64,000 bases of DNA, from positions 11,029 through 75,028 of the forward strand of contig JAJXXC010000006.1 in the NCBI GenBank assembly GCA_021781215.1. Direction: 5' to 3'. Position numbers and translations under genes: made by a program. Of this stretch, positions 19,362-28,137 are shown one piece after another (position 1 is the stretch's first letter; every line of letters begins with the position of its first letter). The DNA comes from a bacterium. Lineage in GTDB: Bacteria > Patescibacteriota > Saccharimonadia > Saccharimonadales > DATKHC01. The notes under the pieces were generated by a model. The model did not search any database. It was not told the DNA's origin and was given only the letters and a program-made list of their open reading frames with translations.

Positions 19362-21376
19362 CCCAGCGTTTACCAGTACCGGGCGGTGATGATGGCGATT
19401 GGGGAGATATTCTTAATGGATTCTTGGATGTGTCACATAACGCTGACGGAACCTTGCAGCCGCAGGCTGTTGCGTCTGCTGGTGCCGTAACTAAGGTTAA
19501 CAACCTCTCCGATTTAACCTCTACTGCTACTGCTCGAGCTAACCTAGGTTTGGGAACGGCAGCTGCATCCGATAAGGTAGCCGCTGGCTCGGCGGGTGTA
19601 TTAGATGCTACCGACCCAACTACAACCAATAGTAGAGCACCAGTTGGTGCGGCTACTGGAGATTTATCGGGAACCTATCCTAGCCCTACAGTAGCTCGAT
19701 TAAATGGAATTGCAGTTTCTGGAACTCCTGGAATCGGAGACTTATTAACTGCCACTAACTCTAGTAATGCAGCATGGCAATCTAAACCCTATGTCTCTAG
19801 GATCAGTGGCACCAGCACCACCATAGCTCCGTTAGCCTATTTTAATATTAAAGATTATGGAGCTAAGATTGATGGAGTTACTGATGACTCAGCTGCTGTA
19901 AATGCTACCATAACTGCTGCCTTTGCAGCAGGAGGAGGTCGAGTTATTATTCCGCCCGGAGTCGTAGCATTAAGTGCGCCAATTATTCACGCTTCGTACG
20001 TTATTCTAGAAGGTTCTGGATCAGATGTTAACGGATCCTCGGGGACTATTCTCAAGCCCCTAAGCAATTACGGAGATGTAATTTCCATTCCTACCGGACT
20101 AACGGGGTTTGCTATCCGGCAGTTATCGATTATATATTCAGGAATGAACCAGTATAGTAGTTCTGCTAGCGCCTCTACGCACGCTGCAATAAAGTTCACT
20201 ATTGCAACATCTTCGGCCACTCAAACAATTCAGGGCTTAATAGAGGACGTGGTAGTAATTGGTATGAAAGTTGCCGTATATATGCCCTGGGTTCTAGGAA
20301 GTAGCCTCAATTATTCTCAGTATTATCAGATAATGCTACAACGCCTTCAATTTGCTTCTAATGGCATCAATCTGCTTATGAATGGTTTTTCCGATTCAAT
20401 TATTAACAGTATAATCTGTAACAATACGTTTGGCGTATTACCTTCTAGTCTAGAGACTCGCGTTGCACCGATAGCATCTACTGCTACTCCGTCAGGAACT
20501 TATACCATAGCGTCACAGAATTGGATTAATGACCTTGGAAATAGTCTAATTGATAAATTAGAGGTGTATGGTGGTACGGGTGATGGTATTGTTTTCCAAG
20601 ACTGCATAACAACTACTATTCGGGCCTGTGAGTCAGGGTCCCTGACGGGAAATGGAGTAACTATGCTTGGTTGTAACTCTCAGACCTGTTTGTATGGTCT
20701 TCATGTCGGTCTTGTTAGCGGGCATGGAGTATATGTAACTGATTCAGCTACCAGCAATAATCCTTCTGTAGATTGTCAATTTTTTGGACTGAACGTTAAT
20801 ACAGCCAATTTGCACGGGGTCTATGTTCATGCCGCAGTTTCAGCTGCTGAACGCTTAGGCTTTTATGGCTGCCAGATAAATAATAATAGTCTCTCTGCTG
20901 CTAATACTTACAATGGGCTCGAGCTAGAAGCTTCTAGCGTAGTAGTAGTTGGAGGTACTTACGGTGATTATCAAGTCACGCATACGCAGAGATACGGGAT
21001 TAATAATCGCTATTCTGGGTCTTCTGGGCTAACGGTTATAGGCGTCGAGATGAAGAACAACTTAACTGGCCCAATGGCTCAGCCTAACGACACCACGGGC
21101 CGGATGATTGCTAATATCGGGCTAAACAATACCGCTTTTAGCACCTATACTCCAGGAGTACCTGCTGTTGGATCATCAAACGCAATCGGCAACGGTAATG
21201 CCTATGATATTACTATATATATGTCAGGAACTGCTCCGTCTGGAGTCCATATCGTCGATGTTAACGGGACTGATCAAAACTTAGCAGGCAATCCAACTGT
21301 TGTACATTTGCATCCCAATGAGAGAATATATTTCAACACTACATCTCCCGGGGCCTGGATGTGGTACGGCGAATAA
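19358..21376 (+). CDS. pectate-lyase-superfamily (right-handed beta-helix) tail-fibre-like protein
   Basis: YFNIKDYGAKIDGVTDDSAAVNATITAAFAAGGGRVIIPPG (Pectate_lyase_3 signature); NNLSDLTSTATARANLGLG fibre motif; no signal peptide. Confidence 0.7.
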   Translation: MTQRLPVPGGDDGDWGDILNGFLDVSHNADGTLQPQAVASAGAVTKVNNLSDLTSTATARANLGLGTAAASDKVAAGSAGVLDATDPTTTNSRAPVGAATGDLSGTYPSPTVARLNGIAVSGTPGIGDLLTATNSSNAAWQSKPYVSRISGTSTTIAPLAYFNIKDYGAKIDGVTDDSAAVNATITAAFAAGGGRVIIPPGVVALSAPIIHASYVILEGSGSDVNGSSGTILKPLSNYGDVISIPTGLTGFAIRQLSIIYSGMNQYSSSASASTHAAIKFTIATSSATQTIQGLIEDVVVIGMKVAVYMPWVLGSSLNYSQYYQIMLQRLQFASNGINLLMNGFSDSIINSIICNNTFGVLPSSLETRVAPIASTATPSGTYTIASQNWINDLGNSLIDKLEVYGGTGDGIVFQDCITTTIRACESGSLTGNGVTMLGCNSQTCLYGLHVGLVSGHGVYVTDSATSNNPSVDCQFFGLNVNTANLHGVYVHAAVSAAERLGFYGCQINNNSLSAANTYNGLELEASSVVVVGGTYGDYQVTHTQRYGINNRYSGSSGLTVIGVEMKNNLTGPMAQPNDTTGRMIANIGLNNTAFSTYTPGVPAVGSSNAIGNGNAYDITIYMSGTAPSGVHIVDVNGTDQNLAGNPTVVHLHPNERIYFNTTSPGAWMWYGE

Positions 21377-21430
21377 CGATAAGAAAATTGAGACCTAAAA
21401 ACCATCAAGATTCTTTGTAGTAAGTAGGGG

Positions 21431-21799
21431 CTAAACTTGACGTCTTCTTTTATGTATTTGAGTTAAAACAATAAGCAGGCAAGCTGCTGCAGCAATCGTT
21501 ATTATGATAGCCGCCCAGAGTCCTGTATCGAACCCCTTGTTAGTAGAAATCGTAGCAACAACGCCTTTAGGTGTCGATATACCTTGGTGCTGCTGTGTTG
21601 ATGGAACAGTCTGGGGTTGAGTTGATGAAGTGGGTGAAGTAGCAGCCGAACCAGTGCTAGTAGGCGTAGAACCAGTATTTGTAGCTGCGGAACCAGTGCT
21701 CGTAGTCGTCGTAGTACTGTTAGTTGAATAGGCTCCACCGGTACTATAAGTATTAGCACCATATACACTAGCTATCAGGGTATCTATCATTAAAGTCAT
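21431..21799 (-). CDS. Ser/Thr-rich, C-terminally anchored surface protein
   Basis: S/T-rich low-complexity region, then C-terminal TM LWAAIIITIAAAACLLIVL and a KRRRQV tail. Confidence 0.5.
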   Translation of the reverse strand: MTLMIDTLIASVYGANTYSTGGAYSTNSTTTTTSTGSAATNTGSTPTSTGSAATSPTSSTQPQTVPSTQQHQGISTPKGVVATISTNKGFDTGLWAAIIITIAAAACLLIVLTQIHKRRRQV

Positions 21800-21954
21800 A
21801 ATATTATTTTCACCATATCTCTATTAATACATAAAAATAATACATCTAGAAATACAATATAACAAGGTAATGTATATAATTAACTAAGCTACATACTATA
21901 GAAATAAGTATTTCGCCTAAAGATCCACAATCTATTTCATGTCTACATGGTTAG

Positions 21955-22728
21955 TTAATTAGCATCTCGACGCAAGAATAATATCCAGCCAATTATCCAA
22001 CCTATAATTAAATAGGCTAAAACTATTAGAGCTGAACGACCAGCAGAAAGTTCACTCGCACCTGATTTCAAAAGACCGTTGTTGAGTACGCCTGATAATG
22101 CGGTGAATGGTAAATATTGCTGTTGATTAGCGTTTAACAAAAGTCCAATCAGTGGCTCTACAGTAACAGGTAGTAAAAACAGAGATACTATTGCTGCTAC
22201 TAGGTTGCGGAAAAATATTGCTAATAATACTGCTATCATGGCATATGCCCAGCAGTAGAATAGAACACGCCAGATAAACTCTCGATAATAGAATATCTGA
22301 CTAGCATATGAAAGGTGATGGGCGTGAAGACCTAATATGACTAATGATGGAGATAATAGCTCAACAAAGGCTGAGAATATTATGGTAAATCCGGTGATTG
22401 CGATAATTTTAGCGAGTAATGTTTTGTTTCGACTATTAGACGAAGTTAAGGTGTACATGATGGTTCCATATCTGTATTCATGGGCCATTAACAACACAGC
22501 AATTATTGAGCTAAATAAAATCGGAGGAGCGATTCCTCTAGCTCTTGCGGCTTGAATTACTAGGTAGAGAGGGTTTTTAAGACTTATTAAATCATGTGAA
22601 GATCCTGCTCTCCAGCCAATAATATAGAAGTTATAAAAGATTATATAAACTAGGGCCAGGCCAATTAATATATAGGTCGAACGAATGCTAAATAGTTTAC
22701 GAAACTCGGCTTTAATTGCTGCAATCAT
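21955..22728 (-). CDS. ABC-2 family permease
   Basis: Six TM helices; 4-nt overlap with the upstream ATPase. Confidence 0.7.
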   Translation of the reverse strand: MIAAIKAEFRKLFSIRSTYILIGLALVYIIFYNFYIIGWRAGSSHDLISLKNPLYLVIQAARARGIAPPILFSSIIAVLLMAHEYRYGTIMYTLTSSNSRNKTLLAKIIAITGFTIIFSAFVELLSPSLVILGLHAHHLSYASQIFYYREFIWRVLFYCWAYAMIAVLLAIFFRNLVAAIVSLFLLPVTVEPLIGLLLNANQQQYLPFTALSGVLNNGLLKSGASELSAGRSALIVLAYLIIGWIIGWILFLRRDAN

Positions 22729-23642
22729 GATTTTTTACCTTTTGAATTATGAGCTAAAAACTCTTCTTTTCCCTCAGTAAGTTCAAGGAATACATCTTCC
22801 AAAGAGGCATTACGGGATGCTAGTTCTAGAATTGTTATGCCTGCGATATGTGCTAATTTTCCAATCTCATCAGTCTTAGCTCCAAAAATTTCGATACCGT
22901 TGTCTACTACTGAGAATGTCAATTTTTTATCAGATAACATGGACTCAAGTTTTGACATATTTTCCGAACGAATAAAAACACTGGACTTAGTGTTGCTGGC
23001 AATCAAGTCTTTGATTGAAGTATTCGCAATTAACTTACCTTTGCCAATTACTATGACATTATCAGCCATTTGTGACATTTCGCTTAGTAAATGGCTGGAT
23101 ACAAAAACGGCATTACCTTCGCTAGCATAGGATTTAAGAAATTCACGTAACCAGACAATTCCTTCCGGATCTAGTCCATTAGCCGGTTCATCTAAAATTA
23201 AGTATTTTGGTTTCGATAAAATTGCCGCAGCAATTCCTAGACGCTGACTCATGCCTAGGCTAAATTTTCCTGGGCTTTTTCTACCAACATCCTTTAGGCC
23301 AACTATATCTAGCACTTCATTGACCCTAGATAACGGTATATTGCCAGCAGTAGCTAAGATTTTCAAATGGTTTCTGGCTGTTCTAGTCGGGTGAAATGCT
23401 TTGGCCTCAAGTAATATTCCTACAACTTTAGAGGGCTGTGAATATTCATGCAGTTTCTTACCATCATAAGTAGTAGATCCGCTACCATTATCTAGGCCTA
23501 ACATTAAACGCATAGTCGTTGATTTGCCCGCACCGTTGGGCCCAAGAAAACCAGTAACCTTACCGGTGGAAATTTCAAAAGATATATCGTTAACTGCCGT
23601 TGATTTTCGAAAGCGTTTGCTTAAATGAGAGGCTTTTATCAC
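22725..23642 (-). CDS. ABC transporter ATP-binding protein
   Basis: GPNGAGKST, FSLGMSQRL, LILDEPANGLD. Confidence 0.9.
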   Translation of the reverse strand: MIKASHLSKRFRKSTAVNDISFEISTGKVTGFLGPNGAGKSTTMRLMLGLDNGSGSTTYDGKKLHEYSQPSKVVGILLEAKAFHPTRTARNHLKILATAGNIPLSRVNEVLDIVGLKDVGRKSPGKFSLGMSQRLGIAAAILSKPKYLILDEPANGLDPEGIVWLREFLKSYASEGNAVFVSSHLLSEMSQMADNVIVIGKGKLIANTSIKDLIASNTKSSVFIRSENMSKLESMLSDKKLTFSVVDNGIEIFGAKTDEIGKLAHIAGITILELASRNASLEDVFLELTEGKEEFLAHNSKGKKS

Positions 23643-23688
23643 TTTTTTATAATAGCACTAATATCTTAAGCCGTTATAAATATAATAA

Positions 23689-24624
23689 CTAAACCAAGCA
23701 CATCTGCAGCATATATTGACCTAGCGCAAGATAGGGTTTTGAATCCTGTTGTTTTAATCCAATTAGTGAGATTACATCATCTGAGGGTTTGTACTCACGC
23801 GTACCTAAGTAATTTAGTTCTTTAATAGACATCTCATTAGTAAGCGTTGCGTGGATAACTGAATCTATTAAAATAATACTTTCGAGAAATTGATAAATAG
23901 TTTTTTCGTCATACTCTATGTCCAGACTATTAAATAGCTCGAGGCATAAGTGTCGCAGGTTTTGTACAACTAGTATCTTTTCCTCATCACTCGACTGTTC
24001 AGTCAGTTGATTGCATTCATCTATCGCAGCCTCTATCGTTTCGACAGTACCTTTAATGTCTTCTACTTGTTTTTGATCATAAGATTCTAAGTAGACATCA
24101 AGCAATTTCTTAAAGTCCTGAAATGTATCATCTTCGGGTATGGTTTCATTTGCCGGAACCGTATCCGAATCGATGAGTTCCAGATTTCCTATGTCTTGAC
24201 CAAGTGTTTCCAGGGTATCAATAGGCATATTTGCATCTTCCAAGCTCTCAACTGCAAACGATGACTTATCTTCTATGCTTTCTAAAGTATCATCTAGCTC
24301 ATCTTCAACTACAGGCATTTCAATCACGACCTCAGCATTAATTATTGGTTGCAATTGCTGGGGCTTTTCAACGTCTATATCTTCAAGAAGTAGGGGGTCT
24401 TCGCCTAAATCATTCGGCGTATCCATGACGAGTTCGTTAGCTTTAGGTTTTCGTGGTAATAACTGGTCTTTTATTAATTGTCTAGTTTGGGCCGAAGGAG
24501 CTGGTTTCGTCGGTCTGTTAATTATTTTACGGTCAAATGAGCTAGGTTTTGGTTTTTCTGTTGTCTGTTTTATATAAATGGATTTAGCAATTTTTTGTAC
24601 TATAGCTTCTTCGGCTAACGGCAA
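23689..24624 (-). CDS. acidic hypothetical protein (TTG start as listed; frame stays open upstream to the A10 tract)
   Basis: 311-aa ORF; 46 additional in-frame sense codons lie upstream, up to 24768. Confidence 0.5.
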   Translation of the reverse strand: MPLAEEAIVQKIAKSIYIKQTTEKPKPSSFDRKIINRPTKPAPSAQTRQLIKDQLLPRKPKANELVMDTPNDLGEDPLLLEDIDVEKPQQLQPIINAEVVIEMPVVEDELDDTLESIEDKSSFAVESLEDANMPIDTLETLGQDIGNLELIDSDTVPANETIPEDDTFQDFKKLLDVYLESYDQKQVEDIKGTVETIEAAIDECNQLTEQSSDEEKILVVQNLRHLCLELFNSLDIEYDEKTIYQFLESIILIDSVIHATLTNEMSIKELNYLGTREYKPSDDVISLIGLKQQDSKPYLALGQYMLQMCLV

Positions 24625-24764
24625 GTCTTCAGAACTTGGGCGCGTAACAGTGCTCAGTTCTATTTTTGACTCAGTATTTTTTTCTTGTTCGCGTGGTTTA
24701 TCGACAATTTTAGTCGATAGTCTTTCGTTGGAAGGTCCTAAATTATCGGGTGGTTTAGCTAGAT

Positions 24765-25088
24765 CTACTTTTTTTTTTCTTGTTCGCGCAGAAGAGTTTT
24801 ATCACTTAATCGAGCTGAAAAGTTGCTATCCATTGCCTCTAGGTTTTTAAATGTTTCAGCAACTCCATTTATGCCTCTTTCTCTATAGGCAGTGCTAACC
24901 ATATTGCCAACTGGGCATTGATCGTTACTAAGCATTTGTGCAACTGTGCCTCTGTAGTTTCCAAAGGATACTTCTAGCATAGCTTCTTCTGCCCCAATGC
25001 CGTATTGCTCAATCATCAAAGGCTCATTCAGGGTTCCGTCTGGATAGAATATGGTTTCTTGAATTGTTGGTGAGCCCTCATGTGCCAT
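24765..25088 (-). CDS. hypothetical protein, possibly the N-terminal part of a frameshifted gene
   Basis: 107-aa ORF ending ..REQEKKK* inside GAA-AAA-AAA-AAG-TAG. Confidence 0.5.
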   Translation of the reverse strand: MAHEGSPTIQETIFYPDGTLNEPLMIEQYGIGAEEAMLEVSFGNYRGTVAQMLSNDQCPVGNMVSTAYRERGINGVAETFKNLEAMDSNFSARLSDKTLLREQEKKK

Positions 25089-25239
25089 GCGTCTATCATA
25101 AGCAGTATGGGTATAAAAGTCCAGAGTTCATGGTAGGTGTAGCTAGAGTATGAACATAAGATTTTAAACAGTTTGACCAGCGCTAATACACTATAATAAA
25201 ATGTTAATGGTTATGTTATTATTTAAAAAGGAAAAATAA

Positions 25240-25920
25240 ATGAACAAATACATTCATAAATTAGGACTACCGGTTATGATATTGTTGGCAGTAATGACCA
25301 GTGGTTTAGTGGCTTCTGCTCTGCCAATCCAGGCCAAAGCCCACGCTAATCCTGCCGGCACTAATGCTACTAGTAACAATACTAATGCTGCCAACAACGC
25401 CAATGTTGCAGCTAGAAGCAACGGTAGTGCGAACCAAAACGCAGCCGCAGCCAATCAAGTCACGAATCAAGGCTCTGTCAATGGACAGATGCACCTTGCA
25501 GCAGCTCAGCTTAAAGCTTGTCAGAATCGTGAAAATGCCGTGAATACTATTATTTCAAGGATTAACACACGGACTAAAAATCAGCTGAATTTATTTGGAA
25601 CTATCGCTACACGCGTTGAGAATTTTTATGTTCAAAAAGGCAACACGCTTAGTAACTATAATCAATTAGTTACAGATGTAAATTCTGCCGAAGCCTTGGC
25701 ATATAACGATCTTGCTACTACGAATGCTAACAGTAGTTTTAGCTGTACGTCCAGCAACCCAAAGGGAATGGTCACAGCTTTTCAGGGTTATTTAAAAACA
25801 GAACTAAGTGATTTACAAAATTATCGTACGGCAGTCAAAAACCTAATAGTTGGAGTAGCATCTGTTAATGGCGTTACAGTTTCAACATCTAGCCAATCAA
25901 CTACACAAGGAGGTCAATAA
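25240..25920 (+). CDS. secreted Asn/Ala-rich protein
   Basis: Signal peptide LLAVMTSGLVASALPIQAKA; N/A-rich low-complexity region; ends 2 nt before the pilin gene. Confidence 0.55.
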   Translation: MNKYIHKLGLPVMILLAVMTSGLVASALPIQAKAHANPAGTNATSNNTNAANNANVAARSNGSANQNAAAANQVTNQGSVNGQMHLAAAQLKACQNRENAVNTIISRINTRTKNQLNLFGTIATRVENFYVQKGNTLSNYNQLVTDVNSAEALAYNDLATTNANSSFSCTSSNPKGMVTAFQGYLKTELSDLQNYRTAVKNLIVGVASVNGVTVSTSSQSTTQGGQ

Positions 25921-25922
25921 GC

Positions 25923-26240
25923 ATGAAAAAACAACGATCCGGTTTTGCAATTGTTGAACTGATAATTATAATAGTTGTTTTGGCAATTATCGCTAGTGCC
26001 GGTTATTATATTTGGCACAAGACAAAAGCTAAGACACCAACACACACTACAAGCACAACTAGCAGTAAGATAAGTACCTCAGCTTTAAATTATCAGTCAC
26101 CCTCAGTCACTACCGTAACACCGCCACAAGTTAATACTTCTTCGGATCTTAACAGCGCTATGCAGGCTCTAAATCAAGCTAGTATCAGCTCAAATAATGT
26201 CGACAGCGCTCAACTCAGCACCCAGGCTAGTGGCTTCTAG
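25923..26240 (+). CDS. type IV pilin-like protein (prepilin N-terminal cleavage/methylation domain)
   Basis: MKKQRSG/FAIVELIIIIVVLAIIASAGY class III signal. Confidence 0.75.
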   Translation: MKKQRSGFAIVELIIIIVVLAIIASAGYYIWHKTKAKTPTHTTSTTSSKISTSALNYQSPSVTTVTPPQVNTSSDLNSAMQALNQASISSNNVDSAQLSTQASGF

Positions 26241-26314
26241 TTACTTATTGCTTATGTTTACTTAGGCAATGCATCGTGTTATTATTTTTGCAAATAAATA
26301 AGATAGGAATTTAA

Positions 26315-26785
26315 ATGAATAGTGTAATTATCTTCTGCGCGCAATATCTTTATTTGGCTGTAATTTTAGGTCTTGGTATCGCCTGGCTTAAAACTACTAA
26401 GAACCAAAAAACTAAATTTATTTTAGCAACCGTTGTGGCCGGAGTTATTGCATTTATAATATCGAGGATTGCTAGTCGGCTTTATTACGACCCAAGACCA
26501 TTCGTATCACAGCATGTCAAACCATTAATAGCTCATGCTGCAGATAACGGCTTCCCATCAGATCACGCATTACTTACTATGACATTAACCGCTATCACCT
26601 ATTTTTTCAGCAAAAAGATTTCTGCATGCATGTTAGTTCTTACTATTATTGTAGGCATAGCTAGGGTATTAGCAAAAGTTCATTCGCCGCTAGATATTGG
26701 TACGGGTTGGTTAATCGGTATCGTTGGCGCGCTAGCAGGCTACTACCTAGTCGGTTATGTTTGGGCTAAAAAACAATCTAAATAA
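26315..26785 (+). CDS. PAP2-family phosphatase (undecaprenyl-diphosphatase-like)
   Basis: YYDPRPF, FPSDH and ARVLAKVHSPLD motifs. Confidence 0.75.
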   Translation: MNSVIIFCAQYLYLAVILGLGIAWLKTTKNQKTKFILATVVAGVIAFIISRIASRLYYDPRPFVSQHVKPLIAHAADNGFPSDHALLTMTLTAITYFFSKKISACMLVLTIIVGIARVLAKVHSPLDIGTGWLIGIVGALAGYYLVGYVWAKKQSK

Positions 26786-26925
26786 CAGCACTTCATATTC
26801 ACTAGCTCTAGTTATTGGTTTGCTTATGCCAAAAAATTGTGCAGCGTAATGGTTTTTTAGTTTCAGCAAACCTAAAGCTAAGTATGAGACTATTGTTCTT
26901 AATCATTATAAAAGGATCATAAAAT

Positions 26926-27399
26926 ATGTTTAATTCTAAGAAACTAGTTGCGGGTTTGGCTGTTTTTTTTGTTTTCGTAGTATATAGCCTCGGTATACGT
27001 CACGAAACTCCTATCCTTAGCAAGCCACAGTCACTAAAAAATACAAATGGTAATTCATCGGGTGGAGTATCGGGTGGAACAACTACCGCGTCTAGCAACA
27101 CGCCAGCTAGCCCCACTAATCAATATAAAGACGGAACCTATACGGGGAATACCTATAACGCATATTATGGTAACGTTCAGGTGGCGGTTACAATTAGTGG
27201 CGGCAAGATAACCAATGTAAAATTCCTTCAATACCCAAATAGCCACTCTACCTCAGTGTTTATTAATCAGCAGGCTATGCCTTATTTGCAGCAGGAAACT
27301 ATTCAATCTCAAAATGCTAATGTTCAACTAATTTCCGGAGCTACTTTTACTTCTCAGGCGTTTGTTCAATCATTAACTTCTGCACTTTCCAAAGCCTAG
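26926..27399 (+). CDS. extracytoplasmic FMN-binding domain protein (flavinylation substrate)
   Basis: N-terminal TM anchor; ISGATFTSQAF flavinylation motif. Confidence 0.75.
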   Translation: MFNSKKLVAGLAVFFVFVVYSLGIRHETPILSKPQSLKNTNGNSSGGVSGGTTTASSNTPASPTNQYKDGTYTGNTYNAYYGNVQVAVTISGGKITNVKFLQYPNSHSTSVFINQQAMPYLQQETIQSQNANVQLISGATFTSQAFVQSLTSALSKA

Positions 27400-27402
27400 C
27401 CG

Positions 27403-28137
27403 ATGAAAAAGACTGAGATTATTATGGGGATGCCCATCACCGTAGAAATAGTTGGCAATATAGATGACACTAAGCTAGAGGCCGTATTCAGTTATTTTAA
27501 GTCTGTTGACGAGAAATATAGCACCTATAAGCCAACCAGCGAGATATCTCAGATTAATCATGGCCTACCAAAAGAACAGTGGAGTGCAGAGATGAGCCTG
27601 GTCTTAGATTTATGTGAACAGACTAAAAAATTAACTAATGGCTATTTTGATATAAACCATAACGGTAATCTTGATCCGTCGGGCTTAGTTAAGGGGTGGT
27701 CGATTAACAATGCAGCCCAAAAACTTCTGGACCTTGGAGAGGTTAATTTTTATATCGAAGCCGGTGGGGATATTCAAGTATATGGTTTAAATGACAGCGA
27801 TAAACCATGGGAAATTGGTATACGTAATCCTTTTAATATCGATGAGATTATTAAAGTTGTCAGATTAAAAAATGAGGGAATTGCAACCTCTGGAACTTAT
27901 ATCCGAGGCGAACATATATATAATCCATTTGATAAAAATCCGAAGCCGAGCAATGTTAAGAGTCTAACCGTAATAGGTCCTAATGTATATGAGGCAGACA
28001 GGTATGCGACTGCAGCTTTTGCTATGGGAGAGTCTGGCATTGGTTTTATTGATTCAATTCCAGGACTCGAAGGCTATGCAGTAGATGTTAATAAAATAGC
28101 CACTTTTACAAAGGGCTTTGAAAGGTATGTGGTATAA
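27403..28137 (+). CDS. apbE: FAD:protein FMN transferase ApbE
   Basis: MGMPITVEI start, EAGGDIQVYG, ATSGTY, ADRYATA. Confidence 0.8.
   Translation: MKKTEIIMGMPITVEIVGNIDDTKLEAVFSYFKSVDEKYSTYKPTSEISQINHGLPKEQWSAEMSLVLDLCEQTKKLTNGYFDINHNGNLDPSGLVKGWSINNAAQKLLDLGEVNFYIEAGGDIQVYGLNDSDKPWEIGIRNPFNIDEIIKVVRLKNEGIATSGTYIRGEHIYNPFDKNPKPSNVKSLTVIGPNVYEADRYATAAFAMGESGIGFIDSIPGLEGYAVDVNKIATFTKGFERYVV

Noticed and set aside
19330-19629. 99-aa minus-strand ORF and the neighbouring 19124..19351 ORF
   Set aside because: They are antisense to the conserved N-terminus of the beta-helix gene and to the leader region. The open frames result from the locally GC-richer, Ala/Gly-rich coding sequence.
25254-25494. 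Two minus-strand ORFs (66 and 62 aa)
   Set aside because: They are antisense to the Asn/Ala-rich low-complexity part of 25240..25920, so they are composition artefacts.
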